A model generated the notes under the pieces. That model did no database searches and had not been told where the DNA came from. It saw only the letters and a list, made by a program, of their open reading frames with translations. Shown here one piece after another: positions 26,205 through 37,039 of a stretch of 58,218 nt of DNA. A program made the translations under genes and the position numbers. This stretch comes from a virus (taxonomy: Duplodnaviria > Caudoviricetes), in the IMG/VR virus record IMGVR_UViG_3300046171_000069, positions 1 to 58,218 of that record; one strand, 5' to 3'. Position 1 is the first letter of the stretch, and every line of letters starts with the position of its first letter.

Positions 26205-26875
26205 TCAGTCTCCTTGGTTTGCATTCGCAGGTGAGTAAACAAAACCGCTTACCTCTGCAAAGGGTTGCCCTTGTTGGGGCGGGTTTAATGAAATCGCTTC
26301 GTTGGCCTCATTGCTTTGTGCTAACGAGACAACGAGATCTAGCTCCTCTTCGTTGAGGGCACGAAGGCTTGAAAGACTAGCTTGGCACGGGGCTATCCTG
26401 ATCAAACGAACAACGTGTTGTCACAGAAATAACAGGGTGTGCTGTGAGAAGAAAGATGTTGTGCATAGGCTTGCATTGGCATCTTACCTTCTACCGCTCT
26501 ACCAAATACCGATGTTGCTGGTAGTTGTAGTTGGTACACCTTGCTCAGGTCGTCCTCTAAAACAACCGCTAAACGCTGTGCGAATCGACACGCACGTCCA
26601 CCAGCTTGTCCTGACCCCTTAATGTTCTGGGGGCAATCCATACACCGAGATGCTTGTCTGTTATGCACAGGCACATCAGGCGATGGCTGGTTTGTATCCG
26701 CCGACCAGCACGTAGGTGGTGATGGGGTGTTGGGATCGAATGCACCGGCGTAGTAAGAACGAGATACCTTAGCGGCGTTTACCACAACAAATTTTATTGT
26801 GTCTTCTACCGTAGATACCTGTCTCCCACCCTCGATGATGCGAAACACTCCTCCACTTAGGCTAATCCGGTCCAT
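26205..26875 (-). CDS. Conserved replication-region protein with Cys cluster (frameshifted near 26420)
   Basis: PTCWSAD, CMDCPQNIKGSG, RACRFAQRLAV; the C-terminal part is in ORF 26205..26405. Confidence 0.65.
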
Positions 26876-27194
26876 CAGACATCATCGTCAATAGGAGCGG
26901 TAAACATGTCAGCCCAATGCTCATCAGACTTATCAACCTCTGCCTGAGCTTCTAGACCATCAACCGTAATCTGAGCTACATCAACACCCAGTGCTTCGTT
27001 AAACGAAACAACGTTCGTTGTGCTGACTGAGTCAGGGCTTCAGATACATCGGCAATAGAAAACCGATAGGTGTTACCTACTTTTATGTAGGTGTTCTTGG
27101 GAATGTGTCCCTTACGCACCCAGCCTCTGATCGTAGATACAGATACAGAGAAGTGCTTGGACAGATCTTCGATTGGCACAAACGGACCGTTCAT
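26875..27194 (-). CDS. MerR/excisionase-like HTH DNA-binding protein (probable frameshift near 27010, acidic tail to 26875)
   Basis: IEDLSKHFSVSVSTIRGWVRKGHIP...IKVGNTYRF. Confidence 0.75.
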
Positions 27195-27594
27195 GATTTT
27201 TTCCTCACTGCTATGGTGTATTCAGAATCGACATTGAGACCTTTAGGTACGATGTCGGGGTTCTCTTCGAGGAACGCTTTTCACGTTGGCTTGGTTAAGG
27301 CGCTTTTCCATAAACTCAGGAACTTCATGCTCAAGCACAAACTTGTGCATTTGCTCCCAGTCGCTAGTCCAGTACCTTGTCTTTCACCGAACGGTAAAAG
27401 AGACCTCAGAAGTTTTGACGCTTTCGAGACCATGCTCGTCTGCAGTAATCGAGTAGGGCGGTCTTCACCTTATCCATTTGTTGGTTAAGGCTGGACTCCT
27501 TCTCTTTATACTCCGCAGATAGCTTGGCTTTCTCGTCGCGGATCTTTAGGTAAACGCGTGTTAGCTTCTCAGCTAACCCTGCTTCTTCACTCAT
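27191..27594 (-). CDS. Conserved phage protein (frameshifted)
   Basis: AAGGAG RBS; MSEEAGLAEKLTRVYLKIRD continues across frames as YWTSDWEQMHKFVLEH...PKGLNVDSEYTIAVRKKS. Confidence 0.7.
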
Positions 27595-27634
27595 TTGAGT
27601 CTCCTTCGCACACGACACAAGTGTCGGGTTTTTC

Positions 27635-27663
27635 ACTTTACTTACACGTTATGAGCTAGTCAA
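27635..27663 (-). promoter_or_regulatory. sigma70-like promoter
   Basis: TTGACT-N17-TAAAGT upstream of the replication genes. Confidence 0.55.
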
Positions 27664-29191
27664 GCAGTTCTTTGTATAAATCGATCATTTTTGTGTGTAC
27701 GTCTATTCTACTATCTAGTAGTGAGTAAACACGCTTTTCTACGGGCGATCCTTGCAACTGTACGACAGTACATTTGTGGTCTTGCCCTGATCGATGCACG
27801 CGAGCGTTGGCCTGTGCGTAAGTTTCGAGGGAGCTGGTTGGTCCCCACCACACCACAGTGTTTGCGGCTGTTAGGGTGACACCGTGCGCCGCTGACTGCG
27901 GCTGGATAACAAGAACACGTGGATCGTCTTGTTCTTGAAACTGTTTGAAGATAGCTGTTCTGTTTGGCGCTGACACGTCACCACGTATGACTTCAGTCGT
28001 TATACCGTCTGATCTAAGTTTATCAGTGAGGATGTCGATGGTGTGCTTGAACGGTACGAACACCAGCACCTTCTTACTGCTTTCATCGATGACCTCTCGC
28101 AGTACCTTGTAGCGATGCTTGATGTCGAACTCTAATGCCTCTCCGTCATCGGTGTAGACTGCACCAGATGCTATTTGCAGTAGCTTACTCATATTGATAG
28201 CGGCGTTGGCGGCAGTGATCTCTTCACCTGCGGCTTGTATAACAAGTCTCTGCTTGAGGTCGTTGTAGTATTTGTTCTGTTGACGTGTCAGTTCTACCTC
28301 ACGCTTGGTGTAAACCATCTCAGGTAGATCAAGACATTCTTCTTTGGTAAATCGTATGGCAGGTTGTAGTGCTTCGTACACGATCTGCGTGGCGTTTTCT
28401 TTCGGCACCCATTTAAATTGTGTGACCTTGTGCATCACCATGTCTCGGAACGAACTGAAGAACCGTGGCACACCTACAGGATTGACTAGCTTCGCAAGTC
28501 CGTACGCATCAAGAGGTGACTGCGCGGCAGGTGTACCTGTCATCAACCACAACCACGTCTTGTCATTTAATAGTTTGAACAACGTCTTCCAGCGTTTAGT
28601 CTGTGGGTTCTTGTAGTGTGTTGCCTCATCGATAATGATGCAGTCGAAGCCGCCGTTGGCGATCTCATCGAGCACGATCTCTACTCCATCGTAGTTGATG
28701 ATGACGTACTCAGATCCCTCGTTAATAATCTTCTTCCGCTTTTGTTTGTTCCCGTAAGCCACCGACACCGTGCGGTGCATAGCAAAACTAAACAAATCAT
28801 TACGCCATGCACTATCCATAATCGATAGCGGGCATATAATCAGCACGCGGTTTATCTTGCCTTGCGTCATCAGAAAGTCCGATGCCCAGATAGCCGATGC
28901 GGTCTTCCCCGTACCCTGCTCGTTAAAGCAGAAAGAACGTCGGTTCATCGTAAGAAAGGCGGCTGTTGTCTTCTGGTGGTCGTATGGCTTGTATTGTCCG
29001 GGCCAGTTGTAACGTCCTTGAATAGGTGATGGGACGTTAATGTTTAAATTCTTGAGGCTGTGAGCTTCGTCTACACCCCAGTTAACAACAACTTTGTTAT
29101 CCGAAAGTTCCCGACTTTTTTGGACTGTCGTTGTCACTTTGTTTGGGTTCCGTAGGCGCAACAAAAGCGCCTTGTTGTCTAATATTTGCAC
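27656..29191 (-). CDS. SNF2-family (SF2) helicase
   Basis: EQGTGKT, IIDEAT, MTGTP, HGVTLT and QANARVHRSGQ motifs. Likely GTG start at 29191 right after GGAGAACAAC. Confidence 0.9.
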   Translation of the reverse strand: MQILDNKALLLRLRNPNKVTTTVQKSRELSDNKVVVNWGVDEAHSLKNLNINVPSPIQGRYNWPGQYKPYDHQKTTAAFLTMNRRSFCFNEQGTGKTASAIWASDFLMTQGKINRVLIICPLSIMDSAWRNDLFSFAMHRTVSVAYGNKQKRKKIINEGSEYVIINYDGVEIVLDEIANGGFDCIIIDEATHYKNPQTKRWKTLFKLLNDKTWLWLMTGTPAAQSPLDAYGLAKLVNPVGVPRFFSSFRDMVMHKVTQFKWVPKENATQIVYEALQPAIRFTKEECLDLPEMVYTKREVELTRQQNKYYNDLKQRLVIQAAGEEITAANAAINMSKLLQIASGAVYTDDGEALEFDIKHRYKVLREVIDESSKKVLVFVPFKHTIDILTDKLRSDGITTEVIRGDVSAPNRTAIFKQFQEQDDPRVLVIQPQSAAHGVTLTAANTVVWWGPTSSLETYAQANARVHRSGQDHKCTVVQLQGSPVEKRVYSLLDSRIDVHTKMIDLYKELLD

Positions 29192-29414
29192 GTTGTTCTC
29201 CATCGGCGCGCCGTTCAGTCGGCGTCATATTACGGCTTTTTATTTGTTCTAATTGTCGGTCAACTGATTTGACGAGCTTCGGTAAGTCTTCAAGCTGAAA
29301 CTCGTCTAAGTAATTTGCGAACTCTACTCCAAGTGCGGACTCCACCTCGTGCATGTAGAAACCGCCCATCAATAAACTCCTCGCGCGATCCCATACGACT
29401 AAAGGGAAAGCCAT
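29097..29414 (-). CDS. Hypothetical protein
   Basis: TAATG coupling to the upstream gene. The ~95-nt overlap with the helicase makes the 3' end uncertain. Confidence 0.5.
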   Translation of the reverse strand: MAFPLVVWDRARSLLMGGFYMHEVESALGVEFANYLDEFQLEDLPKLVKSVDRQLEQIKSRNMTPTERRADGEQRANIRQQGAFVAPTEPKQSDNDSPKKSGTFG

Positions 29415-29689
29415 TACACATTTCTCCGTGGGCCACGGCTTAAACGCCCACCACCTGCGCGGTTGCGACTACTACTTTGTACCTTGACGCCGTCCTTGTT
29501 AGACCCACCACGTGACAGCGGCTTCTTGTGCGCTACATCTTTACCCTCGCGCTTATCAGCCTTACCGTTGTTGTTAGCATCTTTACCTGTCTTATCCATC
29601 TTACGACGGGCACGTTGACGCTCCATACGATCTTCGTGTTCGCCGCGTGACTGCTGTAGCCTGTACTCTTTCTTGTAGTTACGTGCCAT
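29414..29689 (-). CDS. Small HNH-like endonuclease
   Basis: KDVAHKKPLSRGGSN...SSRNR pattern; basic. Confidence 0.7.
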   Translation of the reverse strand: MARNYKKEYRLQQSRGEHEDRMERQRARRKMDKTGKDANNNGKADKREGKDVAHKKPLSRGGSNKDGVKVQSSSRNRAGGGRLSRGPRRNV

Positions 29690-30360
29690 TAGTTACTCCC
29701 GTTGTGTACACATACTGTTACTGGACAGTGGCGCTTACATAACCCACTCGGTCGGGCATTCCACACGTTACGTTTCTCAGCCATCTGCATAATCGAGTAG
29801 ATATTTGTCCACTTAGTCCACAGCATACCCGCATCGGAATCGGCGTAGCTATCTTTTACTAGGTCATTACTCACGACGAACAACAACCCAGCACGTACGT
29901 GCGTAATCTTTGGGTAGTGTGCGAACACCAACAGTGCCATCAACTCTAGCTGTCCCTTGTCAGCGTACTTCGCACTCTTACCTGTCTTGTAATCAATTAC
30001 CCATGCCAACCCGTCTTCTTCGTTGATAATCAATAGGTCAGCAATACCTCGGTACCACACTTCTTTGTCGTAGAAGCTACACGGTAACAAGTTCTCAGTT
30101 ACACCCAGCTTCTCTTCACACAGCTTCGCACCTTTCTTGGCGCTAAGTGAATCAAGCATGGCTTGCGCGTAGTCAAACATTTTAGGGAGTGGAGTGCCGT
30201 CTCGGATGTATTCCTCAGCGGCTGTATGGAACGCATTGCCGTAGCGAATAGCTTCAGTCTCAACGAACGGATACTCTTGGAGAATCTTCTCGTGATAGAA
30301 CTGTTTAGGGCACTGCTCAAAGGCTTTCGCCTTGCTAAACGACCACGGCGCTATACTCAC
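29689..30360 (-). CDS. Cas4-like PD-(D/E)xK exonuclease
   Basis: WSFS...CPKQF, RGIADL, VIDYKTGK, QLELMA and C-terminal CKRHCPVTVC. Confidence 0.85.
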   Translation of the reverse strand: MSIAPWSFSKAKAFEQCPKQFYHEKILQEYPFVETEAIRYGNAFHTAAEEYIRDGTPLPKMFDYAQAMLDSLSAKKGAKLCEEKLGVTENLLPCSFYDKEVWYRGIADLLIINEEDGLAWVIDYKTGKSAKYADKGQLELMALLVFAHYPKITHVRAGLLFVVSNDLVKDSYADSDAGMLWTKWTNIYSIMQMAEKRNVWNARPSGLCKRHCPVTVCVHNGSN

Positions 30361-32197
30361 TCACAATCTCCATACGACCTACCTGTACCACTCTCGCAGT
30401 CGATAGGTAAACCTGCCGCCCATGTTGGGACTTGGCGCATACAATCTTCGATGTACGCTTGTGCTTCGTCCACCTCTTCGTCACGTACACAGGCCACAAT
30501 CGAATCGTGAACTGTTAACACAACGCGGTATCTCTTGCTAATTTGTAGCATCTGCTCACCAATTATGCAACGCGCTACTGCTTGACACAGGTTCTCTGTA
30601 GCCTTCCCGCCGTAGATTCGAGTTCGGCCTCGACGGGTCTTGTAGCTGTACTCCAACCCGTTCTCGGTTTGTTCTGCTGATAAGTCGTTATACCGTAGCA
30701 ACAACCCTGACGGTAATCTGACAGCACGTTCCGATCCCAACACTTCCAACACACCAGCCTTACCTACCTGCATAGTGTCACCGTTGGTCATGTAACGAAT
30801 CATGTTCTGGCAGTTGCGCCACAAGTGGTTGATCTTCCAGTTGGACTCGCGATAAATGTTTATGATACGACGAGCCTCATCAAGCTCCACTTCAAACCCA
30901 AAGTTCTTTAGCTGTGCTTGGAACTTGACTGCGCCCATACCGTAGCCCGCACCGAGGATGGTGGTCTTACCTACAAACCGTTGATCTTTTGTCACGTCTC
31001 GCTTCGTCGCAACCATAAGATCCGCGAAGCCATCTTTACGTAAGACGTCCTTCTCCCTGCAGCGAATGCCGGCTGTTAGATCGTCCTGCCTCGCCATCCA
31101 TGCAAGGACCCGTGCTTCTATCTGAGCAGAGTCCGGCATCGATTAGGGCTATATCCTTCTGGTGAGAGGATACTGCTCTTTAACTTCTTACCGTTGGTCC
31201 ACGACTAGGTAAGGTTCTGCATATTGATCTTGTCATCACCACCCCAGCGCCCAGTGTGTGCGGCGTAATAACGTACGGGTACGGGTAACATGCCCACGCT
31301 TACCTGATGTCGATAAATCTCTGCGTGCGCGTTTCTTCAAGCGTACTCTTATTACCTAACCGCGCGGCAACCACTGCCTGTACTCGTGAGTCCTCGTGAT
31401 CCGACAACGCCTTGAATGCTTCGTCAGACTTAGCGAAACGCGAATGTTTCTTTGCCCGTGGTTGCACTGATCTTCATGGGCGGCTTGACACCTAACCCTT
31501 CGAGAACTTCTGCGAACTTCGGGTTAGACATGAGATCTTCTTTAGACACACCCGCTGTTTCGAGTAGCTGGTCCTTCTGCTCTTTTGTATCTTCAAGGTG
31601 TTGTTCGAGTAGCCCGATATCCAGATCTAACACAGGTTCAACAAACATACGGAGCGTACAGTCGATCAACTCCAACTCCTGCTTGGGGAACCCTTTACGT
31701 AGAAAGATGTTAAAGAGTTTGTAAGTTAGTTCGACGTCATTGATGCAGTAGTCACCGTACTGAGAAAGCTCCTGTGCCGTGAAATCGGCACGGCGTTTGC
31801 CTAACGCGTTTAGAACTTCGGTCCCCTTAGCGCCGATCTGATATCGTTCAGCAAGCGCCTTGAGACTTCCGCCAGCGTCCACCCCATGTAAAGCACGGGC
31901 GATACAAAGAGTGTCAGCGTAAATGCGAGGATGAACATCAAAGAGCCAAGACAAAATAGCGCCGTCAAACATAGTATTGTGAGCAAGTACCATAGCGTCA
32001 GACCAATCGAACGTGTGTAGGTATCGTTTGATCTCATCATGTGAACCACTTGCCCATTCAGTGCCTTCATTGTTTACCTTAACTCCTACACCGATAACTT
32101 CAAAACGACGGTCGCGGATGTATTCTTCGGTTGTTATCTTAGACAGAGAGAAGTCTTTGTCGTAGTACGTCTCAAAGTCCAAAGTGATCAGGTTCAT
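30357..32197 (-). CDS. polA: DNA polymerase family A with 3'-5' exonuclease (several frameshifts at 31000-31440)
   Basis: LDFETY, AHNTMFD and YCINDV (exonuclease); AAHTGRWGG; DSAQIEARVLAW (motif A), RFVGKTTILGAGYG (motif B), TVHDSI (motif C). Confidence 0.9.
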
Positions 32198-32475
32198 CTT
32201 GGCAACCCCGTAAGACGCATAAACTTCTTAACCAGTCTTTTCCAACACACCCGCAGTTTTCTTGTGGTGCGTTTTGGTTTTGACGAGGCGGTCGTTTCTT
32301 CGACGTGTCGAGTGACAACCTCAGCAGTCATCCGCTTCGCATTCTCTTCTCTGGTGATCTTGTACGCGTAGCCATAAGACACCGACAAAACTTTCGATAC
32401 CATTCGAGGGCTAGCGTCAGGGTTTAACTTAAGATACTCACGTATCTTGTCTGCTTTTGACTTGTACTGATTCAT
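32194..32475 (-). CDS. Small basic HTH-like protein
   Basis: KIREYLKLNPDASPRMVSKVLSVSYGYAYKI; RBS AGGAGCACAAC. Confidence 0.6.
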   Translation of the reverse strand: MNQYKSKADKIREYLKLNPDASPRMVSKVLSVSYGYAYKITREENAKRMTAEVVTRHVEETTASSKPKRTTRKLRVCWKRLVKKFMRLTGLPR

Positions 32476-32546
32476 GTTGTGCTCCTATTGATGTTGAAAA
32501 AGCTATACGCGACCGGCATTGTCCGGCGCGACTTTGATACCAGTTG

Positions 32547-32801
32547 TCACAATCTGGTGGGGTCGAGGTCGTCGTCTAGCTCGGGGTGGTAGGCATCCTG
32601 CTCGCTCGCTTGCGCCAGTAGCCCGATTGATTCGTCGTCCGCGTCGGTCAGGCCATACACAAAGAACCCATCCTGTGTGAACCCTTCAAACGTCAGGCCA
32701 TCAGGACGTAGCCGGTAGCGGTCGTCACCTACTATGACCCATCCGTTCTCGGCGTATGCCTCTGGTGGGAACTTGTTAAATTCCATGAACTCGCTCCTCA
32801 A
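32547..32801 (-). CDS. Hypothetical acidic protein
   Basis: GAGGAG RBS before MEFNKF (start probably 32786). Confidence 0.6.
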   Translation of the reverse strand: MRSEFMEFNKFPPEAYAENGWVIVGDDRYRLRPDGLTFEGFTQDGFFVYGLTDADDESIGLLAQASEQDAYHPELDDDLDPTRL

Positions 32802-33120
32802 AATCTAGTTCAAGCTGACCGGCGTCTCTCGCTTGACCCCCGATCTCAACCATCACGTCGTCGATGTTGGTTTCGTTTATGACTAACGCTATGCCTTGGT
32901 TTAGTTTTATATCATTCAGATTCTTTTCTTGCAATGGGGTAGGCTTATTTTTTCCTGCTTTACATTCGATACCAAAGAACAATCCTTTGTAACATCCTAT
33001 GATGTCAGGAACTCCGCTCTTACCGTATCCCCCGGTAACTGGATAAAAGTAATAAGCTCCCAACGTCTTAAGGTGTGCTACCACTTTCTTCTTTACTTTC
33101 GCCTCGGGTGTCATCGCCAT
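32776..33120 (-). CDS. VRR-NUC domain nuclease (Holliday-junction resolvase-like)
   Basis: TPEAKVK, GVPDII, GIECKAG, PTPLQ. Confidence 0.9.
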   Translation of the reverse strand: MAMTPEAKVKKKVVAHLKTLGAYYFYPVTGGYGKSGVPDIIGCYKGLFFGIECKAGKNKPTPLQEKNLNDIKLNQGIALVINETNIDDVMVEIGGQARDAGQLELDFEERVHGI

Positions 33121-33164
33121 GTTGTTCTCTCCTTGGTAGTCCACGGACTACCGTTTTACAGACA

Positions 33165-33187
33165 CAAAAAAGGGGGCCGAAGCCCCC
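33165..33187 (-). terminator. Intrinsic terminator
   Basis: GGGGGC-TTCG-GCCCCC followed by TTTTTT. Confidence 0.9.
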
Positions 33188-33203
33188 AACGTTTCTCACA
33201 CTA

Positions 33204-33524
33204 CTAAGACCGGTACACCCAAAAGGTATGCTCGTCGATACGTCTACCCACATCGTCAATCGACTGCATGGGTGGCTTTACCTTGAGCGTGTTAAGCACC
33301 GCCAGCTTTCGCTGTATCCATTCGGGCAACTCGTCCACCGAATCGTATGCCCCCTCAACTTGCGTGTCAACACCTTCCATACCAAAACATGAGACTAAGA
33401 CACTTTTCGTATTAGGGTATATCACAACGCGGTAGATGTTGTCATCGTGTGGTAACAAGTTATCTACAATACGTTCCATTTCCTCCAACGCTTGGATTGG
33501 AACGACCTTAGTCTGCAAGGACAT
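33204..33524 (-). CDS. Hypothetical early protein
   Basis: LPEWIQRKLAVL...DDVGRR motif, similar to the C-terminus of the upstream gene (LPEDLTRKLAVL...DGVG). Confidence 0.7.
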   Translation of the reverse strand: MSLQTKVVPIQALEEMERIVDNLLPHDDNIYRVVIYPNTKSVLVSCFGMEGVDTQVEGAYDSVDELPEWIQRKLAVLNTLKVKPPMQSIDDVGRRIDEHTFWVYRS

Positions 33525-34441
33525 AGAACACCCCGCGACCTGCGCTCACACCCACACCATCCACAAAGTCCTCGGTGTCGAGCATTTGCAGTACAGCAAG
33601 TTTACGTGTGAGATCCTCGGGTAACATGTCCTCGGTGTAGCGGTTGTACGCTTGGTCAAGCTCGTAGCTGTACGGATTGTCTTGCGTACCCTTGACGACA
33701 TCGAACAACATCTTGTCACGTGACTCGTATGCCATAACGCAGTAGAACGTCACACCTTCTGATGGCTGGTTAGCAAGCCGCTCATCTGCGGCGACCATCG
33801 CCTTCACGTCGCTCTCGAACTCAGGATCAAGGAACTCATGACCCATGTCGAGCAGGTGCTTTAGCTCTTTGTACAGTCTCGAATTCTGGTTAGGCTTTTT
33901 GTTGTATACGCTAGTCACAATGTCCACCACCTTCTCTGCTGTTGTACCTACGTCCTTAGTTAGCTTGTCGAACTCTTTACGCACACCATCCTTGAGCACC
34001 CCTGCTTTTATGCCAGCCAACCTAATCGGCGAAGGCCGACGCAGATACGTCTTAGCATTTTTGAGCGCGGTGTTTATGTTGATGGATGTTTTCGTGTGTC
34101 GGTTGTCGTTACCCCAACTGTACTTGTCGTTGGTAATCGCCCACGAGTGTACGCAGTACGTCGGTGTCCATCCGTTGGCCTTGTTGTCACGCACGTCGGT
34201 GTAACCGATCCAACCGATAGCCCACGGACAGTCGTCACGTGTCACCCAGTAAGACGTTCTGTTACGTCGAACAAACACAATGTCTGTCTCACGTGCACAG
34301 AGTGCTTTACCTACCTCGTCCTTGAACGTATCGAGATGTATGCGGTTCTGTTGTTCATCCTCACTGCCAGCCCAACCGTACTCAGTGCGCGGTCGGCGCG
34401 GCCTCCTTGATCTTCTCTACTGCAATCCAATTAAAGCTCAT
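33508..34441 (-). CDS. Hypothetical early protein (frameshift near 34390)
   Basis: ATG at 34441 after AGGAGAACAAC; joins ORF 33508..34278. Confidence 0.7.
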
Positions 34442-34475
34442 GTTGTTCTCCTATTTGGTAGTGCCGGCACTACCG

Positions 34476-34640
34476 TTATCCGTTGCGTACTTTGTCGTAC
34501 GCGTTTTTGATTACTTCGACCTCACGTTGTGCGGCCTTGGGTGTAAGCTCATCGTGGTGTAGCTCACCGCGCACAAGTATTGCGTTGCAGTGTTCTCTTA
34601 CGATCTTATCTATGATTGCTGTTGCAAATGCGTATTCCAT
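34476..34640 (-). CDS. Small hypothetical protein (54 aa), absent from ORF track
   Basis: GGAG RBS; MEYAFATAIIDKIVREHCNAILVRGELHH...; fills the gap exactly. Confidence 0.6.
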   Translation of the reverse strand: MEYAFATAIIDKIVREHCNAILVRGELHHDELTPKAAQREVEVIKNAYDKVRNG

Positions 34641-34641
34641 A

Positions 34642-35866
34642 TCACATGTCTCCAGATTTTATGTGAACTTGCTTACCTGTATCAGGCTTTGCTGTTTTGT
34701 TGTCCAGTATGCACCATAGCACAGGACAGTCCCATTGACCCCATGATCCAAACACGTACCCATCAGTCAGTACCACACAGGCTTGCGGGTTGATGTTGTT
34801 GTCACGTATGTAGTTGGGTACACACTCGACGCTGGTACCACCACCACCGACTGGCTTGGTCGCCTTGGGTAGGTTGTCAAGCTCGTGTGTATCGTATGAC
34901 TCGTCACCACGTACGCTTGGAGTCCCAGTACAACACGCGTATGCGTTCTGGCATGAGCGATTGACAGATCTGACGTATCTCACTCATGAACAATGTCAAC
35001 TCGGTTTGACCAATAGACCCTGACGTGTCAATGGCTATGACAAGCTCGCCGACCTGATCGCTGATACCACTGGGCATATAGTACCCAGACGATACGTAAC
35101 GCCTGTTAGGACGTGACCACGTGACTATAGTCACTACCCGCACACGTGTTCTGGATGAACTCGCGTAGCACCTCGCGCCAGTTGATCTGCGGCTCCAGCA
35201 ACTCACCGAACCGATCACGCTCGGAGCCATCGCCTACCTTGCCAGCGACCATCGCACCCTGACGTATGGCCTCGTCGATGTCACGTGCAAGCTCGCGCTT
35301 CTCGTCGTCGGTCAACTCCTGAGCACCCTCCCAGTCGTGCTCGTCGAACCCGCCATGCGTATTGACTCCACTGGCAACGTTGGTATCGGTCACCGTCACC
35401 GTCGCCATCTTCTGGTGACGAGTTCTCACATAGATCCTTGAACACTCGGGCCGCGTCCCAACCACGGTACTTGTAGTCGCGGTGCCCTTGGGCTGGCATG
35501 ACTGCCCAGCCGTCGGTGTTGTCGTCGCTGATCTTGATGTTGATCACATGGTCACATGCGATGTTGGCAAGCGTTGGCGTCTTGCTTGTACATCCACTCC
35601 CACGTGGTGAGATGTTTGTACAGCTTGTGGTACACCTCGTGTAGTACCAGAAACCGAAGCTCAGGATCGTTTATCTCCTCGACAAACGCACGTCCGTACA
35701 ACTCATCACGTCCGTTAGTACACGCGGTGGGCACAGTGTCAGACACCGTGCGATCACCGACCATCACCACACCCGCCAGCGCTACATACTTGGGGTTGCT
35801 GATAATGTCATACACAGCTTTGCTTACACGTTGCTCCGCTGTCAGTTGTTTACCTATAGATAACAT
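34642..35866 (-). CDS. Metallopeptidase (DUF2201-like, HExxH) plus vWA domain protein, multiple frameshifts
   Basis: PTACTNG, FLVLHEVYH, INWREVLREF, VIAIDTSGSI (MIDAS), GGGGT, VVLTDG. Confidence 0.85.
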
Positions 35867-35892
35867 GTCGTTCTCCTTGTGGTAGTGCGGCA

Positions 35893-36987
35893 CTAACTAC
35901 TTCTTGTCTGCGCGAACATGTAGTTGTTAGCCATCGCCCAGTCAGTGAACTTGCGGTTAGTCATCACGACCTTGCGGTGTGCGTAGCTGTCACGTGTCAC
36001 ACCACCAGCAAACATACCCTGCGCTTCCATGTCGAGACGTGGCAAGTACGTCATCCACGCGTCGATCCAGTCAGCCGACATCGTAGCTAATGACCTGTAA
36101 ACAACCATACACACAGCCGCCGCGCTGTCCGGTACGCGTGCGTTCAGCGGGTCATCCTTGATCGACTGGAGTGACGGTAGCTGATCGGCCAGCTTCACAA
36201 ACGCCATGAGGTCCATCGCACCACGGTCGCCGATTGTACCCATGAGTAAACTTGTCAGGGTCTGATCGTCATACAGGTGTCGTTGCTTGAGCCAGTCGGA
36301 CGCGGCTTCCAGCGAGCGCGGTGTCACAAACGCCGCACGTTGCGCCTTGGGATGGTAGATGTAGGGATTGTCATCTGGATCTTTGACATCCTCGAACCCG
36401 TGGAATAACTGCGGGTTGTCTTTACACCAGCCCAGTAGTGCGTGATCGACACCGGCATTGATCGCATAGTCCTCGATCCACTCGATGTTGCTCGGCTTGC
36501 GTAGCGTCACCACTGTTATGCGGTTGCGTGCGTGTGGTGGTAACAAGTCACCGACACCCTCGGCCCCAAGGTTAGTGGTAGCAAACACTATCGAGTCAGG
36601 GTGTAGCTCGTAGCCGCCGACCTTGCGCTCCAACATCACACGTAGTAACGCGTTCTTGACTGCGGGGTTGGCCTTACCGTACTCGTCGATCATGAGGATG
36701 ATCGGCTTGCCATGATGCAGACCCAGCTCCTCGTTCGTCGCAAATTTGACGAAATCGGCAGAGTCGAGCGTTGCCATCTTGGGGATCATGATGTCGCCTA
36801 GATCCTTGGTGGTACAGTCGAAGTAACACGGTACGTGGTCAGGTAGTGTGTCTGATAACGTGTTAAGTAGTGAGGACTTACCCGTCCCCATGTGACCCTG
36901 TACAAGGATCGTCCGTTGATTACCGCCGTGCTCGATAGCGTTGGCGACTTGGTTCAGGTTCAGTGCATACATTTGTTGTGCGTTCAT
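35893..36987 (-). CDS. MoxR-like AAA+ ATPase
   Basis: GHMGTGKS Walker A, LMIDEYGKA Walker B, FATTN, RNR, TPRS; adjacent vWA partner. Confidence 0.88.
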   Translation of the reverse strand: MNAQQMYALNLNQVANAIEHGGNQRTILVQGHMGTGKSSLLNTLSDTLPDHVPCYFDCTTKDLGDIMIPKMATLDSADFVKFATNEELGLHHGKPIILMIDEYGKANPAVKNALLRVMLERKVGGYELHPDSIVFATTNLGAEGVGDLLPPHARNRITVVTLRKPSNIEWIEDYAINAGVDHALLGWCKDNPQLFHGFEDVKDPDDNPYIYHPKAQRAAFVTPRSLEAASDWLKQRHLYDDQTLTSLLMGTIGDRGAMDLMAFVKLADQLPSLQSIKDDPLNARVPDSAAAVCMVVYRSLATMSADWIDAWMTYLPRLDMEAQGMFAGGVTRDSYAHRKVVMTNRKFTDWAMANNYMFAQTRSS

Positions 36988-37039
36988 GTTGTTCTCCAAT
37001 GTTAGTGTGGCACTAACTTTTTAGTAGTGTGTTTGTTGG

